From a candidate division WOR-3 bacterium (GTDB taxonomy: Bacteria > Hydrothermota > Tepidihabitantia > Tepidihabitantales > Tepidihabitantaceae), in the NCBI GenBank assembly GCA_016867815.1, contig VGIR01000002.1, forward strand, positions 912-64,911: DNA of 64,000 nucleotides, written 5' to 3'. Shown here piece after piece: positions 47,870-57,087 of the stretch (the first letter of the stretch is position 1; every line of letters begins with the position of its first letter). Position numbers and translations under genes: made by a program. The notes beneath the pieces are model-generated. The model had not been told where the DNA came from. It was given only the letters and a program-made list of their open reading frames with translations, and ran no database searches.

Positions 47870-49492
47870 ATGAAGCCGTCTTTCAGCCAACGATCGCCGG
47901 TCGCTCTCGGCCGGCGATTGCTCTCTGACACCAGCGGGCAGGTGCTGCTGTTCGGCGCCGTGCTGGTAGTGGCGATTCTGGCATTCCTGTTCGTGATACC
48001 GAACGGAACCCAGATTACCACCAAGAAGATGCGCGCGCAGACCGCGGCCGATGCCGGCGCCTTCACCGGTTCGGTCTGGCTGGCCCGCGCCACCAACCTG
48101 AGCTCGAACATGAACATCGGCATCAAGAGCGTATACGAGTGGACAACGGTGCTGACCGTAGGCTCGGCCCTGGCACAGGCGCTCTATTCCGACACGCTCG
48201 ACTCTTCGGTCCATGCTTTGGGCGGGCAGATCACGCTGGCATTGTTCGGCAGCTCGAACCCGGTGACGGTGCACACCACCGAGTACCCGAGTGCGATCCG
48301 GAAGCTGGATACCGCCGCGCAGTGGCTCTACTCGCTGCAGGGCGACATCGCTACCAGCTTCCACAGCGTGGCAGCCACGCTCGGCACCCAGCAGGCCTGC
48401 AGCAACGTGGGCGTGGCGTATCCGCCGACTCAGGCGGCGGGAGGCTGGGCGATTGTCCGGACCAACGACACGATACCGCTGCTGTTACCGACCACGGCCG
48501 GCGACAGCGTGATCTACGCCGGTCTGAGCCAGCTAGCGCTTGCTCTGGATACTCTTCCGACCCTGGATCCCAACATCACGCCCGCCTACGGGCAGGTGAT
48601 AGTCAGCCCGTCCACCTGGGACGTCTGGGCCTACTATTCCGATACGAGCCTCTGGTTTGACCGCGTCGACAGTATCTACCACTGCTACAAGAAACCCGTC
48701 ATTTTTGAGTTCCAGAACAACTACAGCGGGAAGGTCGACACCGGGATCCAGTACATGGACCCGAGTGACAAGGGATACCCCGACTACAATCGCGGAGACA
48801 GCTGGCCGAAGTGGGTCTTGTACTGTTCCGAGGGTGAAGGGAATCACCACGTCTTCATCTGGCCCAACGGGGTCGGCAATCCTCCCTACAAGAACACCGA
48901 CCAATGGACCTTGATCAACAACCCTCATCCCGGCAACAACCGCTACAAGTTCGACACCGTCTGGACGCATGTACACCTGGCCAAGAGCACGGATACGTCC
49001 AGCCTGAGTGACTACGTGAGCCCCGAGGAGTCGATCTGGCTCGAGGAACACGAAGACGAAATCCGCAGCCACTACTGGAAATCCACCGGGTTCTACACCG
49101 GCGTCGAATCCACCGTCCCCTACAAGGGACCGAAGGTCCGGCCCCGCCGGGTCAATCCCGGCCGGGAGTTTCGCACCGTATGCTATGTCTGGCGGCAGGG
49201 AGCCTCAAGTGCTCCCTACGGCCTGGGCGCGCCGCTGGGCGGTACTTTCTTCCCGCGTAACGCGGTGGCGGCGTCAAGCCCGATGTTCGCGGTTGCCCGG
49301 TCAGTGCCCTACCAGACCCTCAGCAGTCCCACCCAGAACGAGCTTTTCTTTGAACCATCCTGGGACGTCAAGCTAACTCCGTTTGATTCGCTGGCGGTCG
49401 TGGAGATCACCGGCGATACGGCGTATTGCGGGCGGACTGGGTACTGCTTCGACAACCTTGAGGAGCTGCGCAAGTATGCGTTGCTGCCATAG
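47870..49492 (+). CDS. TadG-like large Flp-pilus assembly protein (Tad/PF13400-like N-terminus)
   Basis: 540 aa reading ...LSDTSGQVLLFGAVLVVAILAFLFVIP...KKMRAQTAADAGAFTGSVWLARA... Confidence 0.7.
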   Translation: MKPSFSQRSPVALGRRLLSDTSGQVLLFGAVLVVAILAFLFVIPNGTQITTKKMRAQTAADAGAFTGSVWLARATNLSSNMNIGIKSVYEWTTVLTVGSALAQALYSDTLDSSVHALGGQITLALFGSSNPVTVHTTEYPSAIRKLDTAAQWLYSLQGDIATSFHSVAATLGTQQACSNVGVAYPPTQAAGGWAIVRTNDTIPLLLPTTAGDSVIYAGLSQLALALDTLPTLDPNITPAYGQVIVSPSTWDVWAYYSDTSLWFDRVDSIYHCYKKPVIFEFQNNYSGKVDTGIQYMDPSDKGYPDYNRGDSWPKWVLYCSEGEGNHHVFIWPNGVGNPPYKNTDQWTLINNPHPGNNRYKFDTVWTHVHLAKSTDTSSLSDYVSPEESIWLEEHEDEIRSHYWKSTGFYTGVESTVPYKGPKVRPRRVNPGREFRTVCYVWRQGASSAPYGLGAPLGGTFFPRNAVAASSPMFAVARSVPYQTLSSPTQNELFFEPSWDVKLTPFDSLAVVEITGDTAYCGRTGYCFDNLEELRKYALLP

Positions 49493-49496
49493 GGCC

Positions 49497-50102
49497 GTGA
49501 AGGTCAATCGTCCCGCTTCCATCTTCCATCGCCTGTGTTCCGACGACAGGGGATTGGCGGTGGTCGAAGGGATACTCGTCTTCGTGCTCCTTGCCGGAGT
49601 ACTGCTGGGCTGCGTCCTGCTGGGACAGTGGGGAACGCACCTGCAGAATTCGCAGATGGGCTCGCGGCTGCTGGCATTCAATGCCGGCAGCGCTTCGCTC
49701 GCTAAGTTCGGGAGAGCGGCCGACACTGCTACACAGACGCTTTCCAGTTCGAGCTGGGACACGCTGGCCGCCGGCCTGCCGGCAGGCTGGCTGAACACCA
49801 TGTTCGTGCTGCCGAACGAGAGCTACCGGGGCCGCGTGAAGGGCACGCAGCGGGGGCGGCTGCCGACTGCGGGCCCGTCCACGTTCAGCTTTTCGCCGTC
49901 GTCCGTGGGATACTTCACCAGCTCGGGCGCGGCGACGAACCCATGGAAGACGACGGTGACAGATGCCCGGACGACCTTCATGGGCATAGCCTACTACGTT
50001 GGGCGCTACCGGGTGAGTCCGCAGTCAATCGGTTCAAAACAGACAATCCCGCCCGCGATCCCGGTTGTGGAGAGCATCTACAGCCGTATGGGAGGCCGGT
50101 AG
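49497..50102 (+). CDS. TadE-like pseudopilin (second copy)
   Basis: The GTG start at 49497 gives VKVNRPASIFHRLCSDDRGLAVVEGILVFVLLAGVLLGCVLLGQW, the TadE N-terminal pattern. The longer ATG ORF would overlap the upstream gene. Confidence 0.55.
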   Translation: MKVNRPASIFHRLCSDDRGLAVVEGILVFVLLAGVLLGCVLLGQWGTHLQNSQMGSRLLAFNAGSASLAKFGRAADTATQTLSSSSWDTLAAGLPAGWLNTMFVLPNESYRGRVKGTQRGRLPTAGPSTFSFSPSSVGYFTSSGAATNPWKTTVTDARTTFMGIAYYVGRYRVSPQSIGSKQTIPPAIPVVESIYSRMGGR

Positions 50103-50107
50103 CAGCC

Positions 50108-50848
50108 GTGAAGGTAGTGCTGCGTGTGGTCCTGACGGTGCTGGTGGTCGTGCTCGGGCTGGTGGTCGGTATCAAGCTGACCCCGGGGCTGGCCTCCTGG
50201 ACCGGCCTCGGACGGCGGGCGACGGCTCCCGAACTTCAGTCCGCGCTGGCCGGCGGGACGCAGCCGGACTGGGGCGGCGGACGGGTGACGTTTTCCAACC
50301 GTTCTGCGGCGGGGAGTATTGACTCGGCCAGGACGGCATCGCCGGGAGATAAGTCAAGCCAGCAGACCTTCTCCGGTTCCGCCGGCGGGGTCCTGCTAAG
50401 GCAGAAGTCGGACTCCGACTACGCGCTCACACTGGCGCTGCGGTCCCGCGGCCAGGAGAAGACCACGTTGTTTGAGGTGCCATCATCCGGACGTTTCCGG
50501 AAAGAGATGCTTCCCGGAGAAGCAGATGCCGAGCCCCCGGCCGCGGACATACCTCTCTACCCACAGTCGAGCTGTCGGATGCAGGTGGGCCGCGGCACCG
50601 CTACTTTCATCGGGTTCTACCTGACACCCGACAGCGTGGAAGCGGTGCGTTCCTTCTACATCCGGGCCTTGACTCGACTTGGCTGGCAGCACCTGGCCGC
50701 CGGCGGCCCCGGATTCGTGGAGACTTTCACCAAGCGCAAAGATGACCGGTCGGTCGTTGTGCAGTTGAGGAGACAGGACTCGGTGACGACGCGCATCGGC
50801 CTGGTGGCAACGACCTCGGGCGGTCCTACCCCAAGCGAAAGGAAATGA
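50108..50848 (+). CDS. Membrane-anchored hypothetical protein in the Tad locus
   Basis: The GTG start gives VKVVLRVVLTVLVVVLGLVVGI, an N-terminal TM anchor. The rest is a ~220 aa soluble domain with no recognisable motif and no Walker A, so it is not TadZ/CpaE. Confidence 0.45.
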   Translation: MKVVLRVVLTVLVVVLGLVVGIKLTPGLASWTGLGRRATAPELQSALAGGTQPDWGGGRVTFSNRSAAGSIDSARTASPGDKSSQQTFSGSAGGVLLRQKSDSDYALTLALRSRGQEKTTLFEVPSSGRFRKEMLPGEADAEPPAADIPLYPQSSCRMQVGRGTATFIGFYLTPDSVEAVRSFYIRALTRLGWQHLAAGGPGFVETFTKRKDDRSVVVQLRRQDSVTTRIGLVATTSGGPTPSERK

Positions 50849-50854
50849 ACTGAT

Positions 50855-51610
50855 ATGGCGGATGAGCAGAAAGCCAGTCTGATTCCCTCGGGTTCCCTGC
50901 GGACGCTGATTATCGCCGTGCTGCTGGGCGTAGTCGGCATCGCCCTCATGAACATGTACTTCCGCTCCCGAACCAAGAAAGTGCAGTGGGTTTCGGTCGC
51001 GGTCGCCACCAAGCAGATTACCGGCGGGGACACCATCCGCAACGGCTCGCTGGTAGCCAAGGACCTGCCCAAGGAAGTGATCGGCGGCAAGTTCGTCGAA
51101 GGCAAGGACATCGTTGCCGTTACCGGCAGGGTCGTCGGCGTGGAAATGGACCCCGGTCAGCCTCTCTATTGGAACGCCATTCCGCTTTCGGCCCAGGGCG
51201 GCTACGACAAGTACCTGAGGCCGGAGCTCAGGGAGAGGGCGTTTGCGCTGACCCTGGGCGGAGTGCTCAGTTCCGGAACCAGGGCCGGGGACGTGATCGA
51301 CATCCTGGGCACCTATTCTTCCGAAGGGAGCCGCCGGACGGCATTTGAGGTGCTGCCCGCGGTGACGGTCATCGACAAGATCGGCTCAGTGCTGGTGCTC
51401 AGCGTCACGCCGGAGGAGCAGTTGCTGCTCCTTGCCGCTCAGCCTTTCGAGCTGACCATGTCCATTCGCAGCAAGCTGGAGCCGAATACGGACCTGAAGA
51501 TGACGCCGGTCAGCATGAACGAAGTCCTGCCCCGGGCCAAAGAACTGGGAACGGCAAGAGCGGCGAGACTGCGCAAGGAGGCGGCGGATGGGAAGATCCA
51601 ACGTGACTGA
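50855..51610 (+). CDS. cpaB: Flp pilus assembly protein CpaB/RcpC
   Basis: 251 aa with an N-terminal TM helix (LRTLIIAVLLGVVGIALMNMYF) and SAF-like domains (…VAVATKQITGGDTI…). Confidence 0.8.
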   Translation: MADEQKASLIPSGSLRTLIIAVLLGVVGIALMNMYFRSRTKKVQWVSVAVATKQITGGDTIRNGSLVAKDLPKEVIGGKFVEGKDIVAVTGRVVGVEMDPGQPLYWNAIPLSAQGGYDKYLRPELRERAFALTLGGVLSSGTRAGDVIDILGTYSSEGSRRTAFEVLPAVTVIDKIGSVLVLSVTPEEQLLLLAAQPFELTMSIRSKLEPNTDLKMTPVSMNEVLPRAKELGTARAARLRKEAADGKIQRD

Positions 51611-51629
51611 TACTCGAAAGGGACACGGC

Positions 51630-52790
51630 ATGCGATATCTGATTTCGCTGGCAATCCTGCTCCTGGCCGTCGGCGGCACGGCCCGCGCCGGCTACGAAGA
51701 ATTGACCGTCGGGGTGGGCGAGCAGAGAATCGTCGGCGTCCCCTCCGGCAGCGACATCACCTTCACCGGCCCGCTCCGCATCAAGCGGCTGGACGCTGGA
51801 AGCGTCAAGGTCATCGGCGACGCCCCGGGCTGGGGGTCGGTGACCATCAAGAGCGGCAGTGACATCACGCAGTATTCGGTCACGGTCGTCGAAATCCCGC
51901 CGGAGCAGACGATTTCCCGGCTGAGAGCGCTGCTGCCGGACGTGCCGCTCACCTACTCCACCGGCGGCGGAAAGGTGATCGTCGGCGGCCGCGTCGAAAC
52001 CAGCCGGGACCTGATGCGCTTCAACCGGATAATGGAGATGTTCCCCGGGGTGGTGAATATGGTCACCATCGCCGCCAAGGAACCACTGATCGACATTGCC
52101 GTGACTCTCGTCGAGGTGGACGCGTCGTCCGGCTCGGGCGTGGACCTGCTCAACATCGGCTCGCCTGCCGGCGGGGCCGGCCTGACCGGGTCGATCCCCC
52201 TGGGCGACATAACCGGTGGAACAATCAACCAGGACGATTTCCAGGTTCAACTCAATCTGTCCAGTGCGATTCTCAGCGCGCTGAAAGCGCAGATCGAGGA
52301 TGGCCGGGCCAGAATCGTGGCCAGCCCGAGAGTCGTCACGCAGAACCTGAAGCAGGCGGAGATCACCTCCGGCGGAATGATACCCTATCCCGTCGTCAAC
52401 GCCAACGGGGGGGTGTCCGTCGAATACAAGCCGTACGGCATCAAGCTGACGGTGACGCCGGAAGAACGGGACCAGGACATCCTGCTGCAGTTGCGCCTTG
52501 AGTCGAGCGAACCGGTCGGGACGGTGACAGGCGGTAGCCAGAACCCGCTGACCGCCCGCAGCCTGGATGTGAGCATCGCGGTCGAGAAGGACCGGACCCT
52601 GGCAATCGCCGGGCTGTTCAACGCGGTCACGGCCCGCCAGACCCGCGGCGGCTGCCTCTTCCCTTTGTTCTCCGCCTCCGCCTCCACCCGCCAGCGTGAG
52701 TTGATCGTCCTGGTGACCCCGCGCGTGTCGCTTGACGGCATCCAGCAGGATTTCTTCAAGCTGGTCACGCCCCGGGACCTGACGAAGTAG
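51630..52790 (+). CDS. cpaC: Flp pilus secretin CpaC/RcpA (type II/III secretion system secretin family)
   Basis: The start is the internal ATG giving MRYLISLAILLLAVGGTARA. The secretin C-domain reads ...RIVASPRVVTQNLKQAEITSGGMIPYPVV...YKPYGIKLTVTPE... Confidence 0.85.
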   Translation: MRYLISLAILLLAVGGTARAGYEELTVGVGEQRIVGVPSGSDITFTGPLRIKRLDAGSVKVIGDAPGWGSVTIKSGSDITQYSVTVVEIPPEQTISRLRALLPDVPLTYSTGGGKVIVGGRVETSRDLMRFNRIMEMFPGVVNMVTIAAKEPLIDIAVTLVEVDASSGSGVDLLNIGSPAGGAGLTGSIPLGDITGGTINQDDFQVQLNLSSAILSALKAQIEDGRARIVASPRVVTQNLKQAEITSGGMIPYPVVNANGGVSVEYKPYGIKLTVTPEERDQDILLQLRLESSEPVGTVTGGSQNPLTARSLDVSIAVEKDRTLAIAGLFNAVTARQTRGGCLFPLFSASASTRQRELIVLVTPRVSLDGIQQDFFKLVTPRDLTK

Positions 52791-52803
52791 GGAGTAACGG
52801 ACA

Positions 52804-54447
52804 GTGGCTGACCCGGAAGCGCCGGACAAGAAGCAGGTGCCGTCCGATGTCGGCAGTCGGATTGCGGACGACAAGTCGGACGTGATTGCCGACTCGGAGG
52901 CCTCAAAGGACCTGGCCGAACTACTCGACCGGACCGACCGTCTGCTGGGTACCGGCCCCGGCCGGGGCCGCCGCGCGTCACCGGCAGGCCCGGAACGCAC
53001 CGCGGCTCGTTCGGCGGAAGTCCGGGATGGCGACCGTCTGAGCGCCGGGTCGCCCGGGACGATGCTGGACCTGCTGACGCCGTCCGGGGTGCGGCAAACC
53101 AAACGTGAAGACCTGCAGGAGTCGGAGCCGGGCACGTCCGGTGGATGGTCGCCCACGGGAGCGCCCGGCGACAACGTGGACGACCTCAAGCAGCGAGTCC
53201 AGGACGAGCTGCTGAAGCGCGTGAACAAGCACAAGGCAAGTTTCGAAGGTGTCAGCGACGAGGAGTTCCGGGCCAAGGTCCGCGAGATAGTGGTGGCGAT
53301 ACTCTCGGAGCCCACCACGGTTATTCCCTCCGGCTGGTCACCGGAGGCGCTCCTGACCGAGCTGCTGCACGACTTCCTTGGTCTGGGCGCCCTCGAGCAG
53401 TTCATCGCCGACGATACGATTACCGAAATCATGGTCAACCGGCCCGACCGGATCTACATCGAGCGCGATGGCCGGCTGGAGCTTACCAAGGCCCGGTTCC
53501 TGAACGAGGGGCAGGTTCGAGCCGTCATTCAGAGGATCATCCAGCCCCTGGGCCGGCACGTGGACGAGAGTGTCCCCTACGTCGATGCGAGGTTGTCGGA
53601 CGGTTCGCGCGTGCACGCCATCATCCCGCCCCTCGCCATTGACGGCGCGAAGATCACGATCCGCAAGTTCTTCAAGAACCGCCTGACCACTGAGGACCTG
53701 CTCCGGCTGGGCTCGCTCAACCGACAGATCGCCCGGTTCCTGGAGATGGCAGTCCGCTACCGCGCGAACATCATGATCTCGGGCGGAACCGGCACCGGTA
53801 AGACCACCCTGCTCAACGTCCTCTCCAACTTCATCCCGGACAATCAGCGGATCATCACCGTCGAGGACGCGGCGGAGTTGAAGATCAACAAGCAGCACGT
53901 CATCTCGCTGGAGGCGCGCAACCCGAACACCGAGGGCACCGGCGCCGTGAACATACGCGAACTGGTCAGGAACACGCTCCGCATGCGGCCGGACCGGATC
54001 GTGGTCGGCGAGTGCCGCGGCGGCGAAGCCCTGGACATGTTGCAGGCGATGAACACCGGGCACGACGGGTCGCTCACCACCATTCACGCCAACTCTTCTC
54101 GGGATGCGCTCTCCCGGCTGGAGACGCTGGTGCTCATGGCCGGCGTGGATCTCCCGTCGCGCGCCATCCGGGAACAGGTCGCGGCGGCAATCCATCTCGT
54201 GGTCCAGGTGTCGCGCATGCCTGACGGCTCGCGCAAGGTAACCGACATCACGGAGATCGCCGGCCTCGGCGAGAACAACGTCTTCCTGACCCAGGAGATA
54301 TTCACTTTCAAACAGCAGGGATTCGATGCCGCCGGTCGCGTCATCGGCCGCTTCCGGCCGACCGGCACGGTCCCGAGGATGGTGGAGCGGCTGCGCGCCC
54401 GCGGCGTCAAGTTCCCCATGGAGGTGTTCGCTGCTCCTTCTGCTTAG
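52804..54447 (+). CDS. cpaF: Tad/Flp pilus assembly ATPase CpaF/TadA with a ~180-aa low-complexity N-terminal extension
   Basis: 547 aa with the VirB11/CpaF core ...ITEIMVNRPDRIYIERDGRL..., Walker A ISGGTGTGKTTLLN, and the Asp/His boxes. Confidence 0.9.
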   Translation: MADPEAPDKKQVPSDVGSRIADDKSDVIADSEASKDLAELLDRTDRLLGTGPGRGRRASPAGPERTAARSAEVRDGDRLSAGSPGTMLDLLTPSGVRQTKREDLQESEPGTSGGWSPTGAPGDNVDDLKQRVQDELLKRVNKHKASFEGVSDEEFRAKVREIVVAILSEPTTVIPSGWSPEALLTELLHDFLGLGALEQFIADDTITEIMVNRPDRIYIERDGRLELTKARFLNEGQVRAVIQRIIQPLGRHVDESVPYVDARLSDGSRVHAIIPPLAIDGAKITIRKFFKNRLTTEDLLRLGSLNRQIARFLEMAVRYRANIMISGGTGTGKTTLLNVLSNFIPDNQRIITVEDAAELKINKQHVISLEARNPNTEGTGAVNIRELVRNTLRMRPDRIVVGECRGGEALDMLQAMNTGHDGSLTTIHANSSRDALSRLETLVLMAGVDLPSRAIREQVAAAIHLVVQVSRMPDGSRKVTDITEIAGLGENNVFLTQEIFTFKQQGFDAAGRVIGRFRPTGTVPRMVERLRARGVKFPMEVFAAPSA

Positions 54448-54466
54448 GTTCGCGTCATACGCCGCC

Positions 54467-55279
54467 GTGTTCATAGCCGTGGCCCTTATCGGCCAGCTCG
54501 CGCTGCAGGCCCTGGACGTCTACCGCCGCCGATTCATCGTCCAGACCGAGGAGAAGGTCGAGTCGCTCTACCTGGGCGTTTCACCGCAGCGGTTGTGGCT
54601 CTTCTCGCTCATGGCCGCGGGCGGCGGCGCGCTCCTGCTGGGCCTGGTGTCGGATTTCGCGATCGTGCTGGTCGGGGCGGGGGCCGTGGGCGGGTTCATG
54701 GCACCGCGTTTCTACCTGAATGCCATGGAGCAGCAACGGCGCAAGAAGTTCGACGCCCAGTTGCTTGACGCCATCCCCATGCTGGCCGGCGCCATGAAAG
54801 CCGGCATGAGCCTGATGCAGGCGATGGAGCAGGTCACCAGGGAAATGGGAGCGCCGATACGGCAGGAATTCGCCCACGCCCTGCAGGAGAACCGGGTCGG
54901 CAAGCCGATCATCCAGGCACTTCTGGATATGAAGAACCGCATTCGCTCGGATGACCTCGATATCACCGTGAACGCCATCAGCATCTCGCAGGAGACCGGC
55001 GGAGTGCTGTCCGACCTGCTGGTCAAGATGGGCGAGACAATCCGCACTCGAAACCGGGTGCGGTCGAAGATAGTGACGTTGTCTTCTCAGGGACGCCTGC
55101 AGGGCATCATCATGATCTTCATCCCCTGGTTTCTGGCGCTGGTCGTGTCAATGCTCGACCCGGGCATGATACGTCCGATGTTCACTACCAGTACCGGGCA
55201 GTTGATGCTGGTGGTGATTATCATACTCGAGGGCCTGGGGTGGCTGGTAATCCGACGGATCGTGGCTATCGACGTCTAG
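54467..55279 (+). CDS. tadB: Flp pilus assembly inner membrane protein TadB
   Basis: A GTG start after the cpaF stop is chosen. The protein has an N-terminal TM helix and a GspF/T2SSF-like domain (…LLDAIPMLAGAMKAGMSLMQAMEQV…) plus C-terminal TM helices. Confidence 0.75.
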   Translation: MFIAVALIGQLALQALDVYRRRFIVQTEEKVESLYLGVSPQRLWLFSLMAAGGGALLLGLVSDFAIVLVGAGAVGGFMAPRFYLNAMEQQRRKKFDAQLLDAIPMLAGAMKAGMSLMQAMEQVTREMGAPIRQEFAHALQENRVGKPIIQALLDMKNRIRSDDLDITVNAISISQETGGVLSDLLVKMGETIRTRNRVRSKIVTLSSQGRLQGIIMIFIPWFLALVVSMLDPGMIRPMFTTSTGQLMLVVIIILEGLGWLVIRRIVAIDV

Positions 55280-55286
55280 GAGGCAC

Positions 55287-56162
55287 ATGATAGTCGTAGC
55301 GTTCGCAATCTTCGTGGTCGCCGCCTTTCTCGTCATCCGCTCGTTCGCGCAACGGAAGAAGCCGAAGGCAGCCGCGCCGGTGGCGGAGCTGACCGGCCCG
55401 TCGGACGTACTGCGGTCTGCCCGGCCTCTGCTGCGGCAACTCGGCGGCTACAGCCAGCGAGTGCCGCTGCTCGGGCTCAAGGAGAGGTACGCGAGTCAGC
55501 TGGAGCGAGCCGGTCTGCGCTTCGAGTTGAGCGTCGACGAGTTTCTGGCGTTGAAGGTCGGCGCTTTGGTGGTCGCCATGGTACTCGCTTTCGCTTTCTA
55601 CGCCGGCGTATCGCAGAGCGTTCTGGTCGTGGTCTTCATCATGTTCCTGGGACTGGTTCTGCCCGACCTGCGGTTGTCTTCCGCGGTGCAGAAGCAGCAA
55701 CACGCCCTGTTGCGATCCCTGCCCGGTTTTCTGGACCTGCTGGCGCTCTCCGTGGAAGCCGGAATGGGTTTTGACTCGGCGGTGCTGCGGCTGACCGAGG
55801 TGCTGGAGTCCGGCCCGCTTATCTGGCGCTTCCAGACTTTCCTGCGGAGTGTGAACGTGGGCAAGACCCGCGTCGAGGCATTGAGGGAAATGGCCAAGAA
55901 AGTGGATCTTCCGGACTTCACGACCTTCACCAACACCGTGGTACAGGCAACCGAGACCGGCGCGAGCATGGGACCGGTGTTGCGGGCCGTATCAGGCGAC
56001 ATCCTGTCCCGCCGGTTCGACCGGGCCGAGAAGGCTGCGCACGAACTCCCCATCCGGATATTGCTGCCCCTTTTCGTCTTCGTTTTCCCCGCTACCTTCA
56101 TCATGATTCTCGGGCCCGTCTATTTCCAGTTCCTGGCTTCGGGCGCGGCAGGTGCGCTGTGA
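55287..56162 (+). CDS. tadC: Flp pilus assembly inner membrane protein TadC
   Basis: 291 aa with a T2SSF-like domain (…LPGFLDLLALSVEAGMGFDSAV…) and 3-4 TM helices. Confidence 0.78.
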   Translation: MIVVAFAIFVVAAFLVIRSFAQRKKPKAAAPVAELTGPSDVLRSARPLLRQLGGYSQRVPLLGLKERYASQLERAGLRFELSVDEFLALKVGALVVAMVLAFAFYAGVSQSVLVVVFIMFLGLVLPDLRLSSAVQKQQHALLRSLPGFLDLLALSVEAGMGFDSAVLRLTEVLESGPLIWRFQTFLRSVNVGKTRVEALREMAKKVDLPDFTTFTNTVVQATETGASMGPVLRAVSGDILSRRFDRAEKAAHELPIRILLPLFVFVFPATFIMILGPVYFQFLASGAAGAL

Positions 56163-56791
56163 TACAGGATTCAGATCTCAACGGCATCGAACCGGACTAT
56201 GGTGAGCTGGCGACCATCGAGGATCCGCAGCCTCTTCGGAGGAAACGTCCCGGCAAGGTCATCAGGCTGGCCGGCATTGCGTTCCTTGCCTTTGTCCTGA
56301 TAGCCGGCGTGATCGTGTTCACGCCGAGCCTGAGGCGGGACTTCCTGCCGGAGCTTGCCGCCAGGGCGGGGTTGGTGCGGCGCGCGCCGAAGCCGGCGGA
56401 CCCGGAAGCGCTGCTGCCTGTGCCTGTTCTCTGGGCGAGGCTTGAACTCCGATCGCTGCCGGAAAGCGTCGTCCAGAACCTGACGCAGGGGAGGTACTAC
56501 TATGACAAACGCCTTCCCGGCAACTTCGGCCTGGCAATCGACTACTGGAAGAAGGCCCTGGCCGGCATGGGAGAAGCTGAGAAGGTCGGCGTGCAGCGCC
56601 TCGTTGTTTCGGCCGAGCGAGAGCTGGCCCGGCACTTCAGCGCCGACTCGGCGGACGCGTTCGTCTTGCTCAAGCAGGGCAAGCGCGACGAGGCCGTCGC
56701 CTTGCTGGAGAAGATGCGGGCCGACTACCTCGACGTGAACTCGCCGCAGTACAATTGGGCTTCGCAGATGCTCTACAAGAGGCGACGCTGA
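56159..56791 (+). CDS. TadD-like membrane-anchored TPR protein
   Basis: 210 aa with an N-terminal TM helix (VIRLAGIAFLAFVLIAGVIVF) and TPR-like segments (GRYYYDKRLPGNFGLAIDYWKKALAGMGEAE). It overlaps the tadC stop by 4 nt. Confidence 0.5.
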   Translation: MIQDSDLNGIEPDYGELATIEDPQPLRRKRPGKVIRLAGIAFLAFVLIAGVIVFTPSLRRDFLPELAARAGLVRRAPKPADPEALLPVPVLWARLELRSLPESVVQNLTQGRYYYDKRLPGNFGLAIDYWKKALAGMGEAEKVGVQRLVVSAERELARHFSADSADAFVLLKQGKRDEAVALLEKMRADYLDVNSPQYNWASQMLYKRRR

Positions 56792-56824
56792 GTTGACATG
56801 GTCCGCTATGGCCAGGGGGAGCGT

Positions 56825-57046
56825 ATGACGACAGCCGGGCATGGACACGCGAAGAGCAGAGGTGGGGTTATCACTGTTCTGGCCGGGAGACTGCTTGGCG
56901 ACGAGACCGGTGTCACTACCTTGGAGTACGTGGTAGCCGGCGTCGCCCTCGCGCTGGCGGCCGTGGCTGCCTCCAGGGTATTGGCCAGCGTGCTGAAGAG
57001 CTATCTCCACCGCATCTATCTGGTCGTCCATCTGCCGATACCCTGA
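56825..57046 (+). CDS. flp: Flp/Fap family pilin (class III prepilin)
   Basis: The ATG at 56825 is preceded by GGGGGAG. The sequence ...RLLGDETGVTTLEYVVAGVALALAAVAA matches the Flp motif (G/xxxxEY followed by a hydrophobic helix). The product is 73 aa. Confidence 0.75.
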   Translation: MTTAGHGHAKSRGGVITVLAGRLLGDETGVTTLEYVVAGVALALAAVAASRVLASVLKSYLHRIYLVVHLPIP

Positions 57047-57087
57047 TCTCCAGACCTGGTCCGCGCAGCTTCCTGGTTCGTGCGTTC

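Noticed and set aside
51510-53438. 642-aa minus-strand ORF
   Set aside because: It is antisense to the cpaC secretin and the cpaF 5' region. Its composition is Arg/Ser/Pro-rich and junk-like.
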